A stretch of 60,700 nt of DNA, filler included, from Catajapyx aquilonaris (taxonomy: Eukaryota): NCBI GenBank assembly GCA_000934665.2. It is 4 parts of 4 records of this genome, joined end to end, with 100 filler letters (N's around TTAATTAATTAA, not from the genome) between each part and the next. Parts side by side here need not be neighbours in the genome. Positions count along the whole stretch, not along the records: positions 45,599 to 60,700 come from JYFJ02007607.1; 3 more parts are not named here. One strand, written 5' to 3'. This document shows, one piece after another, positions 48,501-60,700 of the stretch. Position 1 is the first letter of the stretch. Each line of letters begins with the position of its first letter. The notes beneath the pieces were generated by a model, which had not been told where the DNA came from, ran no database searches, and saw nothing but the letters and a program-made list of their open reading frames with translations. The translations under genes were made by a program, and so were the position numbers.

Positions 48501-51500
48501 GGAGAACCCGGATCTTTTCTAAGAAGGTGCTGGAGGAAAACTCCGGATCTAGACGTAACCCTTTATAACCCCCTCCGAACAAATTGCCATGTGACGCTAC
48601 TTGCGTTTTAATCTATCCGAGATGCGTTATAAATAACTGGCTCGGGCGCTACCTGCAGCACCACACTTATCATGAAAATATTTTCTTGAACGCTGCAAAG
48701 GTTATGAATCTTGGGAGGAATATTTATGGGCTCAAGTGGATGAAACCGATATGGCGCACTGTGCAAAGCAATACTTTCTCATGTCCATTGGCAAATCTCA
48801 TCTTCGAACTGATTTATCGCCTCCACGTTTCACCCTCCTTGCGCAAACTTTTGTCTTCGCGAATTATAATAAAAGAAAGGCGCGAATCAGCCGCGCATAT
48901 GAAACACCAGAAAGCCATTCACAGGCACGTGCGCTCAAATAATAGAATATCCATTCTGGAAATGACTCCGGAGTGATATGACTTCCTAATACAAGCTGGG
49001 CAGAATGCATGACCGCAATTCACGCACAGCTCCAAGCACGTTCTTCCTGAGTAACCGATAATTTTCCAGCGGTCTCAAAAACAAACATGGCATCAGCATG
49101 ACCAAAGAGGCGGATTGCACAACGAGAACAAATGGTAATTGCAGAAAATTCTATCCGCCAAATGACATCGTTCGACGCCCAGAATAATTTTTTTTGTCCA
49201 CCATGTAGTGCGTGACATGTACGTCCTTGTTTCGCTGGTTAATGAAAATATTACACGGCAATGATAACACGACACAGGGACGGGTACAGAGTATACATTA
49301 ATATTTTAACAGTGTACACGTATGAAAACACTAATCAGCAAATAAACCTAAATTAACCTAAAAAAACAATAATTAATTTAATGAATCATTGCAAATAAAT
49401 ACTTCAATTAGTCGACTCATAACCAGCAAGTACTATTCTTTCAGAAAAAAATTTGCCCCAGCCAACTCCGCCTCGCTGTTTTTGACATGTCATTACAAAC
49501 TGGCATTACCAATTAAAAAGTTATTCAATTATGGTGAGTGCCGAAACTGTCTCAACTGTTTACGCACATATATTGTACAAGCAGAGTATATACATCTCGA
49601 CCTGAATAGACGGGAAAAAACACATAGCCTTGCAGCTAAACCCGAGCATATTAATCACAATAATAGATATTAGGTTTTGACCCCTCCAAGTTTTTCGAGA
49701 GTCCATCAACTCTCATTGGTTTCTGTAAAAAAATTTAAGCACTATCAGTTGACAACGTGGATGATTTCCGTACAGGTATATGCCCCCATCCGTCCCCAGA
49801 TTTATTTCCAGCAGCGTTATGGCCCCGAAAATGTGCACGCTATGCACAAATAAAGAGCCTTCCAATCGTCGTATAAGCCAGAGACATCGCCTCGGAGAAG
49901 ATTGATCCTCTCAATTATTATTCTAATTGATCCAAACGGCACGTGACAAGCTCGTGTGGGCAACCGGAACCTACCGGATCAAAATCCGAAAGAAAGACAC
50001 GAAATCTTGTTGTTGACTTAATTTTAGAGCTGACAAAATATCCAAAATATATTTTACAAGATGTCTTCTTTTAACCTGGGCTTTTCGCCCACGATTCCTA
50101 GACGCGTGGCTTTGTTTGGACCTTACCGGGCCCCAAACTTTGTTAGCAGGCGGGACCTACGTTTATAGAGTTAGCCGCTGGAAGGCTTTTCCTGCAGTCA
50201 AACCAGAGCACGTTTATTAATGACGTTAGCAAAAGCCTTCCTCGCTCTTGCAGTCAGGCATCGCCCTCTTACCTTACTACTGAAATAATTAATCTTCCCC
50301 GTCTTCGTCGAAAATGTAATTTAGAATCGAACGACAGGGCCTTATCCCAGTTCAAGTTGGGCGCAAAAACCCTTAAGAATTTAACTTCCGAATAAATGGT
50401 GCCCCCTAACCTTACAGGTCTGTCAACTAACAAGTCGGCTGCTTATTCAACTTGACTCGTGTTTGTATCAGAGGTCTGCAGAGATGCTCCTGAGAAATGT
50501 TGACGGACAAGCGGAAGGGCTTCAATTATTCAGCTGCACTGCAGGAGAAATTCGGTATAAGCTGACGGTTTATAAGGCTCGGAGATGTAATGTTCCTCTT
50601 TTTTTACCTCCCTTCTTTTCCTTAGAAGATGACATTCGTGTAAAACAACACCAGACGTAGACGCAGGCCTTCCATATTGGAAGCAATTGACTGGCTAAAA
50701 AATGGCCTGTGGTCCGCAACACTGGGAGCAAGCTTGATGAAATAATAACTCCAACAAGGACCTAACTTGAACCAAAATAAAGCACCGGGAATTGATTTTA
50801 CGTCCTGTATTTTTTTTTTGCTTCTATTCTGCTCTGAACGAACATCATCTGCCTAGCGCCAAGATTAGTCTCCGGGCGGGGCACAGTTTGGTAGAAAAGC
50901 AGCGGACACTTGAGACAAGGGAAAGCTATTTTTTGTGTGCTCCAGGCGTGAAAGATTTACAGTCAGACGTACTTCCCACTTAAAGTTAAGTCTCTGACTT
51001 GGAGCGTGACACGTGAACAAACTGAGCAGACAACGGTGACATAAATTATTTGTGCTAGCAGTTGCGAATGGAACGGGAGGCTGGGAGGGTGGTGAAGAGG
51101 AAAAAAGAAATGAGATGAAGCGACGAGGGGGCGATGATGACGAAGCCTAAGGGAATTAGAAGCCTTCTGTGCAGACAGCCAATCAGAGAAAAAAACACAA
51201 TTGTTTACGCACAAAGAAATAGTGAGGACAAAATGTCAGCTGGAAATTTCAACCAGACCGTGCAGTATATTGAATCACAATGCAACTGTTGTTTACTCGC
51301 CTTAGGTGTCACGCCGATATACGATCTGATCCAACACAATTTCATCCTCTATCACTGCGCGGAAAGCAAATGAACGTGTTGTTAGCCTTCCCCACTAGTC
51401 ACGTTAGAACAGATCGGTTAGCACCCATTACGACACTGCCAACACGCCGGAAAAATGGGGCTGTCAGTTGATTGTAACTCTAGTTAGCGATTAGCCAGAT

Positions 51501-51820
51501 AAAAACCCGAGCTGCTAATACTGTTTATAAAGATTGTTTGCTATTTGGTGGCTACTTTTTTGTATTGAATTTGGCAGTGCTAAAGGCGAACTCCGCGGTT
51601 TGTAAATGTCCCGTCGGTCCCGCCTTCACCGCACAAAATGTATGCCCCCAACGCACAAAACATGTCAAGTCGCCTTTCCCCTTAATATCCTCCGGGTCCT
51701 TTTGCTGCCTTTTTCACTTGTCACCGATATCGACACCGGCTCGAAAAGCATCGGAATATCGGCGAATCCATTACTTCCCACCCACATCCGCCGCCGCCAA
51801 CAAAAAAAAAAAAAACTTAC

Positions 51821-51887
51821 CTCCGTACTCCGCACACGCCAGCTGTACGAGCAGCCCTGAGAAGAATATCAGCACGGTCCTCCACAT
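51821..51887 (-). CDS. First coding exon (signal peptide) of a secreted or membrane host protein
   Basis: MWRTVLIFFSGLLVQLACAEYG followed by GAG|GTAAGT phase-1 donor. No downstream exon recognised before 45599. Confidence 0.7.
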
Positions 51888-52107
51888 GTCAGCAGGTTAC
51901 TTCACGGAGACCACGTGGTCGCCGCCCGGATCATGACAACACCCGGCTCATGACAACACTCCGTCCCCACTGTTGTTGTCGTGTGTGTGTGTACAGGCTA
52001 TATATATTTTAACCAATGCCGAGAGGTGCGGTCAGTCCAGAATGTTGACCGGCGCCGATGCCGCTGAACTTGTGGATGAACCAGAGCGGCGGCATCGGCA
52101 ACCGACC

Positions 52108-52150
52108 GGCCGACTGTGCCTCTGCCCCAAAGTCCCGGCGACTATAAGCA
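52108..52150 (-). promoter_or_regulatory. Candidate core promoter of the 51887 gene
   Basis: Minus strand CTTATAG ~30 bp upstream of an ACAGTC initiator-like motif, in a GC-rich island. Confidence 0.45.
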
Positions 52151-52402
52151 ACGCCCACCCCTCTCGGAAAAGCTGCCCGCACACGCGCGCAACCCGCATC
52201 GCATCGCGCGGCTCCGGTGTGTTACATCCGGATACAGACGTATCAGGTGTCAGTGCGCGATTCGACATGTCAACTGGGTCAGGGGGCAGGTTGCAGTCGG
52301 GATGGGTGCAAGAAGGTGCAGATATATGGGGGGCATATGCAGACGACTTACACTTTCAATGGGGGTGTAGGCGGCGTTTTACCAGAACTTATAGTAACAT
52401 TT

Positions 52403-52586
52403 AATCGAATCGTGCAATACAAAAAGGGCCCAATTGTGACCACTTCACTATTTATTGAAACTTATAATGAGCTGTATTTTAATTTTGATTAAAATTGAGT
52501 TTCCAATCCGCTACAGCACATATCATTTTTTTAGTTCTGAGTTTGGTTTTTCCCACTTGGGCCCTTGATGTATTGCACGATTCAAT
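52403..52586. mobile_element. MITE with ~30-bp imperfect TIRs
   Basis: GAATCGTGCAATACA..AAGGGCCCAA versus TTGGGCCCTT..TGTATTGCACGATTC. Confidence 0.65.
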
Positions 52587-53429
52587 TTGATAGTGACGTG
52601 TGGGGGTGTTGATATGCAGCCTACACACTAGTTCATTTCCCAGTAAAATGCATTTGACCTATATTGTGTATGACATTTGACAAGGTTGTGCAGTTTGGCG
52701 GCCCGCTTATCTAAAAATATTTTGTAGCCATTTGCAGTAGCTTGCAACAGCAACCTACGCAAGTATTGTGCAAATAACTTTCCCTTGATCCTCTTATCAT
52801 GCACCGGTACGCAGTTTTACAAATGTAATGCCTTCAGACTTTAAATACTTTTAAAGTGGTCTTATCAAAACAGGATGAATTAATTATTGCGAACTATTTT
52901 GTGCTGTCCACTCGAATAGCAAAAAAAATGTTAATTAATGAAAAGCTTCGAAAAAGTAAATGCTTGAATAACTTACGCGAAACAACCGGCTTTTGACACA
53001 GGTTTAAGTAATCAGAAAAATTAGCTTTGCAGCAAAATTTTAACGCAACTGCCCAATCGTATCTTTATCATGTGTCACACCAATATATAGTATCTCTGAT
53101 ATTTTTTTGCCACGTATTTCTGCAATACCTCACCTTTTATTTGCTATTCAGAGTAAATGAAAACTGGTTGAATACGTAGGTGTATAACTTGGACTAGCAT
53201 TGAAAGAAATGTTTTTGTCTAACACAACTGAGTACAAACGGTGCCATGCAATGAGTCAGAATTTGTAATAATTTCCTTATCGACCCAATTCCTGTAATCC
53301 ACCTTCCAACCTTGTTATGACTGATTAGACCCCCTGCCTGTTCTAAATCTGTACTCAGCTAAACGTGGCGAGTGGAGAACATGGAAGGATACTTCATTTG
53401 TCGCAATGAATTATTGAGCACAGGTTGAC

Positions 53430-53690
53430 TTTTCCGTGTCAAGGGGCGCACCAATGTATCCTAGACTAAAGTTGGTACAAAAAAAACTCTACTGGACTAG
53501 AATGAGTGGGGATACGAAAAGAAATGCGAGGCCAAGCTTCAAGGTTGAGAAGGAGGCAAGGCAAACACTAGCTGGCCCACTTAGACACCGAAACAAACAG
53601 TGCTCCGGACTCTGGGTGGGGGTAGTGCTGTTTGCCCTGCCATTCAAAAGAAAAGACGGGGTAAATGAGCTTCAAGTAGTTAGCAGGTGA
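53430..53690 (+). pseudogene. Decayed Ty3/Gypsy integrase fragment
   Basis: LKLVQKKLYWTRMSGDTKR..AGPL..WVGVVLF.LP..KDG..LQVV follows the YWP.M..D / G.L / (D)..GPLP pattern; key residues are lost. Confidence 0.55.
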
Positions 53691-54619
53691 TGAAGGGCAC
53701 AATGACTTCACTTCTGTACCGAGGATAATTGGAGCAGAAGGATGCCTAGCAGGAGGGGAAGTTTGAACTAAAGTGCGTGCTACACTAGGGGTACCCCCCG
53801 CGAAAATAATTTCCTGCCAGAATGTTAAATGAGGACCTCCTTTGCCTCCGTACCATGTAAGGGCAGGTCGTTTTCCTACACTTACAAGCACTTCACTCGG
53901 GGGTTATTAGTCACTGTTCCGTAGACTAATCATTAACACGTCATTATTTTCCCATCTGCTAATTTCACACTGTTATTAATTACAATGGTGGATACGGTGG
54001 GGATTCTGGACGGTGTTCGGTTTTAATTGCGTGCATGTCGACAGTTACGCACATATGGATACATATTTGGAGGCAAAAAAATAGGAGTTAAAATATTCGC
54101 TTTGGCATGGTGTGTACAAATTCAATTACAGCGCAACACGCTTACTGTGATATTATTTTCTGCTTGCCTGTAATAAATATTTTGGATCATATTGCAATCA
54201 GCAATAACGCTGCCATAGTGTAGAAAAATACTTCTAAAAATTATAATAGCACTGAAATTAATTTATTATACTGCATCATAAATGCTGTGATTCGTTCATC
54301 AATCAATAATTACATATCTTAAATGAGGAAGATAAGTTTAAAAGAAAAGCTTGCAAAACAAGATGGTGCAGTTGTTCAAGAGGTGGGAGAAGAGAAAAGG
54401 TTAAGAAGTAGTGTTTACTCCAGTTATCTATTTAAAGCAAGATTTAAAGTGAAGCAACACGTCGGAAGTAACAATAAGAAACTGTCTGGATTATTGCTTT
54501 AGCACTGTTTGATGGAGTAAACATCCCAGGACATTGCTCCTGTACTGCTGTACATCTGTTTTGAAAGGTTGTGACCTGAACACTGCACCACAGGGCTACA
54601 TATTAATATGCAAAAGACA

Positions 54620-54901
54620 CCGAAGCAGGTTGGCGTAGTGGATAAGGCGTCCGACTGCTAATCGGGAGGTCCTGGGTTCGAATCCCGGGGCCGGCAACTC
54701 TGACCGTGGTTTTCTGTGGTTTCCCACGGTCCTTCCAGGAAAGTTCCGGAGTTGTTTCCGTAATTAATAGGCCACAGCCGCTTCCTTCCGTCCCTATCCT
54801 ATCCCAATGAGCACAGTAAAATGAAAGCAAAGAGTTCCAGCCAAAACAAACTTCCCCCCTAAAGAGCCGATGGCTGATAACGGGGTATGAATTATTTAAA
54901 A
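54620..54901 (+). mobile_element. Full-length tRNA-derived SINE with 15-bp TSD
   Basis: A box TGGCGTAGTGG, B box GGTTCGAATCC, short A tail, TSD AATATGCAAAAGACA (54605-54619, 54902-54916). Confidence 0.92.
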
Positions 54902-57742
54902 AATATGCAAAAGACAATCCAACCTAATCAAATCTCTCAACAACCAGTAAAACACTAGCGTCCTGTTCCGAGACACTATATCATGTTCAACTTGCTACAA
55001 CAGACACCTTTAACAGATCATTATTTAAGTTAAAAATTAAACCCGACTAATTCCACAAGACTACGCACAAAAGGTCCACTCCTACGTAAATTAATCAATA
55101 TTAAAATTCATTTTTGTACACTAATTTCTCTCCCAAGCCATTCAATCCAGCACAGTCACTTAAAACAAAAAAATAGAGCCTACATTATGCATAGCCCCAC
55201 CCTCCCAGCATTTCATAGACAACCACCAACAAAAGGCACTTCTCTCTCTATTTTTTTTGTGTACCTCCCTAACCAAATCCCCACTCGCAATACATACTGC
55301 ATGGTGACCGCAACGAACTGCATAATCACCCCCCGTGTATAATTTACACGGTGTTAGAATACGTGCTGCTTAAAAGTGGAGCACCAGAGAGAGAAAGGGG
55401 GGGGGGGGGGTGNGGGGGTGTTCCTCTCGCTGTATGTTGCCATTCCCGTGGCAGCAGTCCGGGGACTTGCGACGTTTTGCGGAAAGGACCCTGGGGAGAG
55501 TCGGCGGAAACCCCCTAACCCTGTGACATTAATATATCCCCGAGGCTGAAAAACATTAGCAAGCCAACAAGCCCGAGGTCCCCCCGCCAGTTTTCTTCAC
55601 ACGCAAACCAACCTACGTTATTATTACGCTCTGACTATGATTTCCTTGTTTCGTGTCGAAGGTGATTTTATTTTCCACCCCTCCTTATACCAAGACCACA
55701 TTGCGCAACTGGTTCGAATATATTTATAACAAAAAAAAAAATTGGATGACTTTTTCCTCCCTGACTGTTGTTTTCTACGTCTCCAAATGATGGTGGTTAA
55801 GCGCTTTCGACCCAGAGTTTGCTTGCTGCGGAGGCCCTTTTGTTTCCTTTTCCTGTGGAGGAAGTTTCTAATTTCCTTTAATTTATTGGCTGTGGGTAGC
55901 AAGACAGAAATGGACCTAATAAATAAAATTTACAAAAGTAGACGATTCCTCCGGGGTGCATTTTGGGCTATACGCGATTAATAGCCGCGAATTTTTTTTC
56001 GTGCTTCGGAATTGCTCCGAGCTGCAGGAGATTAAATAACTGCTCCATTCTAGCTTTTGAGGTGGAGCTATCACTACCTTAATAAGGGTAACAACTTTAA
56101 AATTTTGTATCGATAGATTGTAACGCATTTTTTATTGAGCACGTGCTGCGTTCATCCAATGAGTAGACTAATGTGAAACGAACGGTTCAAAGTTACCTAC
56201 CAATTAGAAGTTTGTAAATTTCCCCTTTTCCATTCCGTCGAGGTGATAAGACAAGGAACAAGCAGGCAACACGCATGCATCACGGTGGCCAGGTAGCGTA
56301 ACATTAAATTCACGAGCAAAAGACGGCCGATTGACAAATTACTACGTGTGAGGCTTGTAGAGTTGGCAAGTTGGAAGACCGGCTCTTTTCTTTTTAAGGG
56401 GGAGTACCTAATTTCTCTTTCCTTCCGTCCCCCATGTTTGATGGCAGATTAACGCCTAACGTTGGTGCCTTTGGCTCGATTCTTTTCTGATACGCTTATA
56501 TACGAAGTAACTCAACTTGACCTCCCGCCCCCAACATCACTTGGCCTCTAATAATGCCTCCGGTGAAAGCCAACTTTGCTGAACTGCACTTTATTAAATA
56601 TGAAGAGGCGAGTCAAGTTGCAAGATATTGATGGGTCTGAGCCGGGTTCAATCACAAAGTAAATCTGAGGCTTAGGCTCACACCTAGCCTTAGAAACATG
56701 AAGGGTGTCTATGGTGAAATATTAATTGCAGAAATCTTGACATGATTTAACGAATTGCTCCAACAATAATAGCTAACTCTGTATCATGTCATGCACAGAA
56801 CAATGAATTATTTCTTTAAAAAGTACTCATGCTGATGGCAATATTATTTTTTATCTCTTCATTGCCCGTAAGGCACATTTTCATTTTTCAAAATAGTTTA
56901 CTTACGACCTCTTGTACATTGTGTAATTTATGCAGTAGAATAATATAACAGTACGCATATTGATGACATTGTTTAATTTGCCCTCTCCTAGCCCATAAGG
57001 CACAGTGTTTTCCAATGTTATTTAAATTTTTATTGCATTTTTACCATAGGCTAACATTGTTTCATCCAGTTTGTACGTATATTAGGCTGATAACTGAAAC
57101 ACAAAGGACAAAGCCACTGCATTGCGCTGAATGGAAGTATAGGTTAGTGTTACATCAAGCGAGCGTTGGAAAAAATTCATGTTTTTCGTTGAATAAAAAC
57201 AATCCCTTTTCTATTATAAATTTACCCAAGATAAAAGTCCCAGCTTGATTTAACACCACATTTTCTCTCATTCTAATTCTGGTGCAAGCAGTGGCCTAAT
57301 GTGAAGACGAGAGATGGGGCATGCTGCTCGGCATTTTTTTTTAAATATGCGGATTTAGATGGATGGATGTGTAGAATGTGTTTGTTCGTGTCATTATTTT
57401 CATTATCATAAAACTCACCATAGCTTATGCGTGTACCTGACCAATCACCAGAGGTTTGTCATGTCTGGTCAAAGGAGATGGCAAGGTGTTGTGAACATTA
57501 TGTCATCGCTGCAATTCAAACTGACGGCTACCCCATGCTTGGGACAATGCCGTGAAGAAATGACTGAATGAATGATTTTCTCTAATAATAATAATTTGAG
57601 GCATTATCAATATATGAAAGTATTGTAGTACACGTTAAAACATATAGAAAACTTGGTCTCATTTCATCCTATACAGTACCGTAAACAATGTAGAGATCAC
57701 TGAATTAAGAACCTGTAGCTTAATACTACACAAGGATATGAT

Positions 57743-57745
<3 letters not shown>

Positions 57746-57831
<86 letters not shown>
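57746..57831. repeat. (AAT)n microsatellite
   Basis: Directly visible. Confidence 0.95.
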
Positions 57832-57832
<1 letters not shown>

Positions 57833-60700
57833 GTTCAACCTGTAACACTCCAATTCCTTTATATTTTAACGGAATGAGTATGGTTCTCTAATATATTTGA
57901 ATATATGTGAATTGAGAGAGAAATTGAAATGATTGAGCTGAAATCACATTATCATGAGTACCTCTGGTTCATACTGACTTGTGAGAACAAATCAGCCTTT
58001 TTCTCAGACGAGCCGCATACACACATAAACTAAAAAAGAGATCCGCTTTAACATACTTTTGATATGTTTAGCAGGAATAAACGCCACCTCCTGTACCAAA
58101 AAGTGTACGTTAAAGCCACCGTCTGGTACGTTGGAATTTCTGCTCCAGAGGAATTAAGAAGGCAATTTAAGAATCCGCACTCCCCCATGTAGGACATATT
58201 CGCCAGGAAGAAAAATCGAAATGCCGCTGTGCGCTTCCAAGCCCATAACCTTTTGCCGGTTTGGATGTCCGTTTCAGGAGCAAAAACCGAATTCATCCAA
58301 CCGAAAATGGGTGGGGGAAAAATGATCTCGGAATCCTCATTACAGAACCGTCCAAGGAAATGGGAACTCATTGGAAGCTGGTCAACATCTTTTTGGTTGG
58401 GTGCTGTTCGTCATCTTCTTTTTCTTCTTTTTTCATTCTTTTTTTCTATACCCTTCCAACACCGCCTGCATAACAGCACACGGTTAAAGGGTGTGGGTGA
58501 AAAAGCTTTCCGTGCTTTGACCCATAACTTAGACGTGACGCGGGCATAACTCCTCATCTAGATTCTTCACCCCAGGCGACCAAGAGTCAACGCTACCCCC
58601 CTTTCATACTTTATTACATTTTGCTGCCACTTCTCCCCCCACGTGGGCCAACCCTTCTGTTTAATTATGTACTAATCCAACTGCCACGCACATATTTCTT
58701 TTTTAACCCCAACAATGCCGGAAACCACGCGTACCTGAAGAAACTTAAATTTATAATAAGCCTGGTTATTATAAAATATGTCGCCAGCAGCAACTTTTAA
58801 TTTACAGAACTGGAAGCCATGTCTAAAAGGCATGTAAATATAATCAAAATGCACATACTGGTCGTATACGCGGTAAATGATTTTAATCAGTTTTTCACCA
58901 GTGAATTGGTTCAATTATTAAATTTTTCCTCTTATTTGACTAAACATTTAGCCCGTTTTATACACTAAAGAAAACTTCACATTCAAAGCAGCAGATTTTT
59001 TATGTTGATGCAACCAGCTCTAATGAGTCAGCTGACAAAATATTCACTTACTAACTTCAAATGAGTGGTAGGTCCCATATAATTTTTAAAGATATCAACA
59101 CATCCTTGAGTATAGTCATCTTCTAGGATTTAAAATGCCATAAATCTGAGTGAGGTTAAGATCATTATTTTCATGCTCCAATAATATTATGCTTCTGGTT
59201 TGCCAAATAATTGTGACATAGAACCCGACTCTATTTTTAAAAATCGTCCGGATGTCATTTTGATTTACACTACGCCCACTGCACGCTTTCTGGTGCGCAA
59301 GCAAAAATTGGTCGATCCCGTATTATAATGTGAAGTCGCTCAGTTTTTTTTTTTCGTCCTGGGCCGTCTGCTGACTCATACTGACGAGAGAGAAAAAGAG
59401 GACGGAAAAATTGGAACCGTCAGTTGGGACCGTTGACAATGGGTGCGAGGTCTAATTAAAGCTTCTGTAGGACTGGATTGACCGCGGGCGCGTGTTTCGG
59501 GCGCCTATGAAAAACCCAATGCTCGCTTGTCGTCCACAGACAGCTTATCGAAATAGGTTGAGAAAGAAGAGGAGGAACACGCAGGAAGAGGGGTTGGGAA
59601 TTATTTGCATAAAATGCCCTTTATTTTTGGGGGTTTCGGCCTAGTTTTTTTTTGCGTGACATTATTTTTTTTCTTTGATGTAACTTTTAAAGCGTATTGA
59701 TTGCACCCGAGAGGGACCGGTGTTGGAGTTTTTAAATATATCGCGTTTCAAAACCTAAAATAACTCTGGGGGATATCATGTCGGACAGAAAATATACCAA
59801 AGGCAGTCGATATGTAGGGCTTTTGTAAGATGCCATTTGCTATTTCCCGGAAGGCAGGGGGGAAACGAGAAGGGGGAGGGAAGGGGGGGGGGTGGAAAAA
59901 AGTTTTCAAGCTATTGCCGTTACTTGTTCCTTTATAACCAAGTTTGTCAAGGATAATTGTACTTTACAGCAGGATAATTTTCTCTAAGGACGTGGAACAC
60001 ATTCGCTTCTCTAGCAAAGTTAAGAGTTTCATCTTGTCCAATCCCGTAGTTTATACCTCGTGTTTCTTCTGAGATTTTTTGACGGCAAAATATACACCAT
60101 GCACATGTCGCGGATTAATTTTCCCACAGCTAATCTACGCAGTAACTAAAACAGGATTTTAAACAGTTACTTGGGAAGAGTTATTAGCTTCTATTATATA
60201 TCTGAATTTAAGTTTCCACTTATCCAAGGTCTGAATTGCAATTATTTTCGGCTTGGCAACAAATGTCAATAACATCAAATTTTTGCAGGATTGCTCTTCT
60301 TTCAGGTATTGTAGGGACGATAGTCCCTATAAGTAAGATCCTCGTGCAAAAACAACAATGAAAATTTTCCTTGTTGTTGTTGTTGTTGTTCAGAGGACGT
60401 TTTTCTGTCAAGCATATCTCAAAACCCGTTGCAAGTACAGCCTTCATATTTTGAACACGTATCCGGCCCGACGTGCTGCAGTGCCCGATCCCCTACACAA
60501 AAAACCCAAGGACGTAATAGAACCCCGAAATAAAATTATAAACGAATAATTCATTATGAGCAGCAATGCGTGCAACTGGAATCCATGAGTGACAATAGTC
60601 ACGCATTATTTGGAATATTATTTTGTGTAAATATCATCTCTACACTTTATGCGGAATTACGTACCCTTACCGCTTAAATAAATATATTCTTTACCTTATT

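Noticed and set aside
54626..54700. Possible tRNA gene (also 24740-24805 and 14563-14640)
   Set aside because: A/B boxes are followed by a SINE body and TSD, with a second copy at 18961 and no convincing cloverleaf.

Overview
Eukaryotic, probably arthropod, genomic DNA (spliceosomal introns, TCAG(T) initiators, tRNA-derived SINEs). It is four unlinked ~15.1 kb pieces joined by artificial N44-TTAATTAATTAA-N44 spacers. Piece 1 (1-15098) is a nest of mobile DNA. Its clearest element (424-5473) has 520-bp terminal inverted repeats starting AGTAGT and a 6-bp TSD, which are Maverick/Polinton hallmarks. After removing a nested mariner and a nested Helitron, this element is only ~2.2 kb and carries one spliced gene for a small transmembrane + polyQ protein. 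A diverged relative from ~8180 carries a conserved homolog. Three more compact orphan genes lie nearby: a 201-aa orphan, a retropepsin-fold protein lacking the DTG motif, and a C2H2 + coiled-coil protein. A piggyBac remnant and several MITEs are also present. Piece 2 (15199-30302) has two inverted non-autonomous Helitrons, SINEs, and two intact 3-exon dual-CRD C-type lectin genes plus a third fragment. Piece 3 (30403-45498) is decayed coding-like DNA with Tc1 and LINE remnants. Piece 4 (45599-60700) has the promoter and signal-peptide exon of a minus-strand host gene, a SINE with TSD and a Gypsy integrase relic. All calls were made by eye without database searches; boundaries of decayed elements are approximate.
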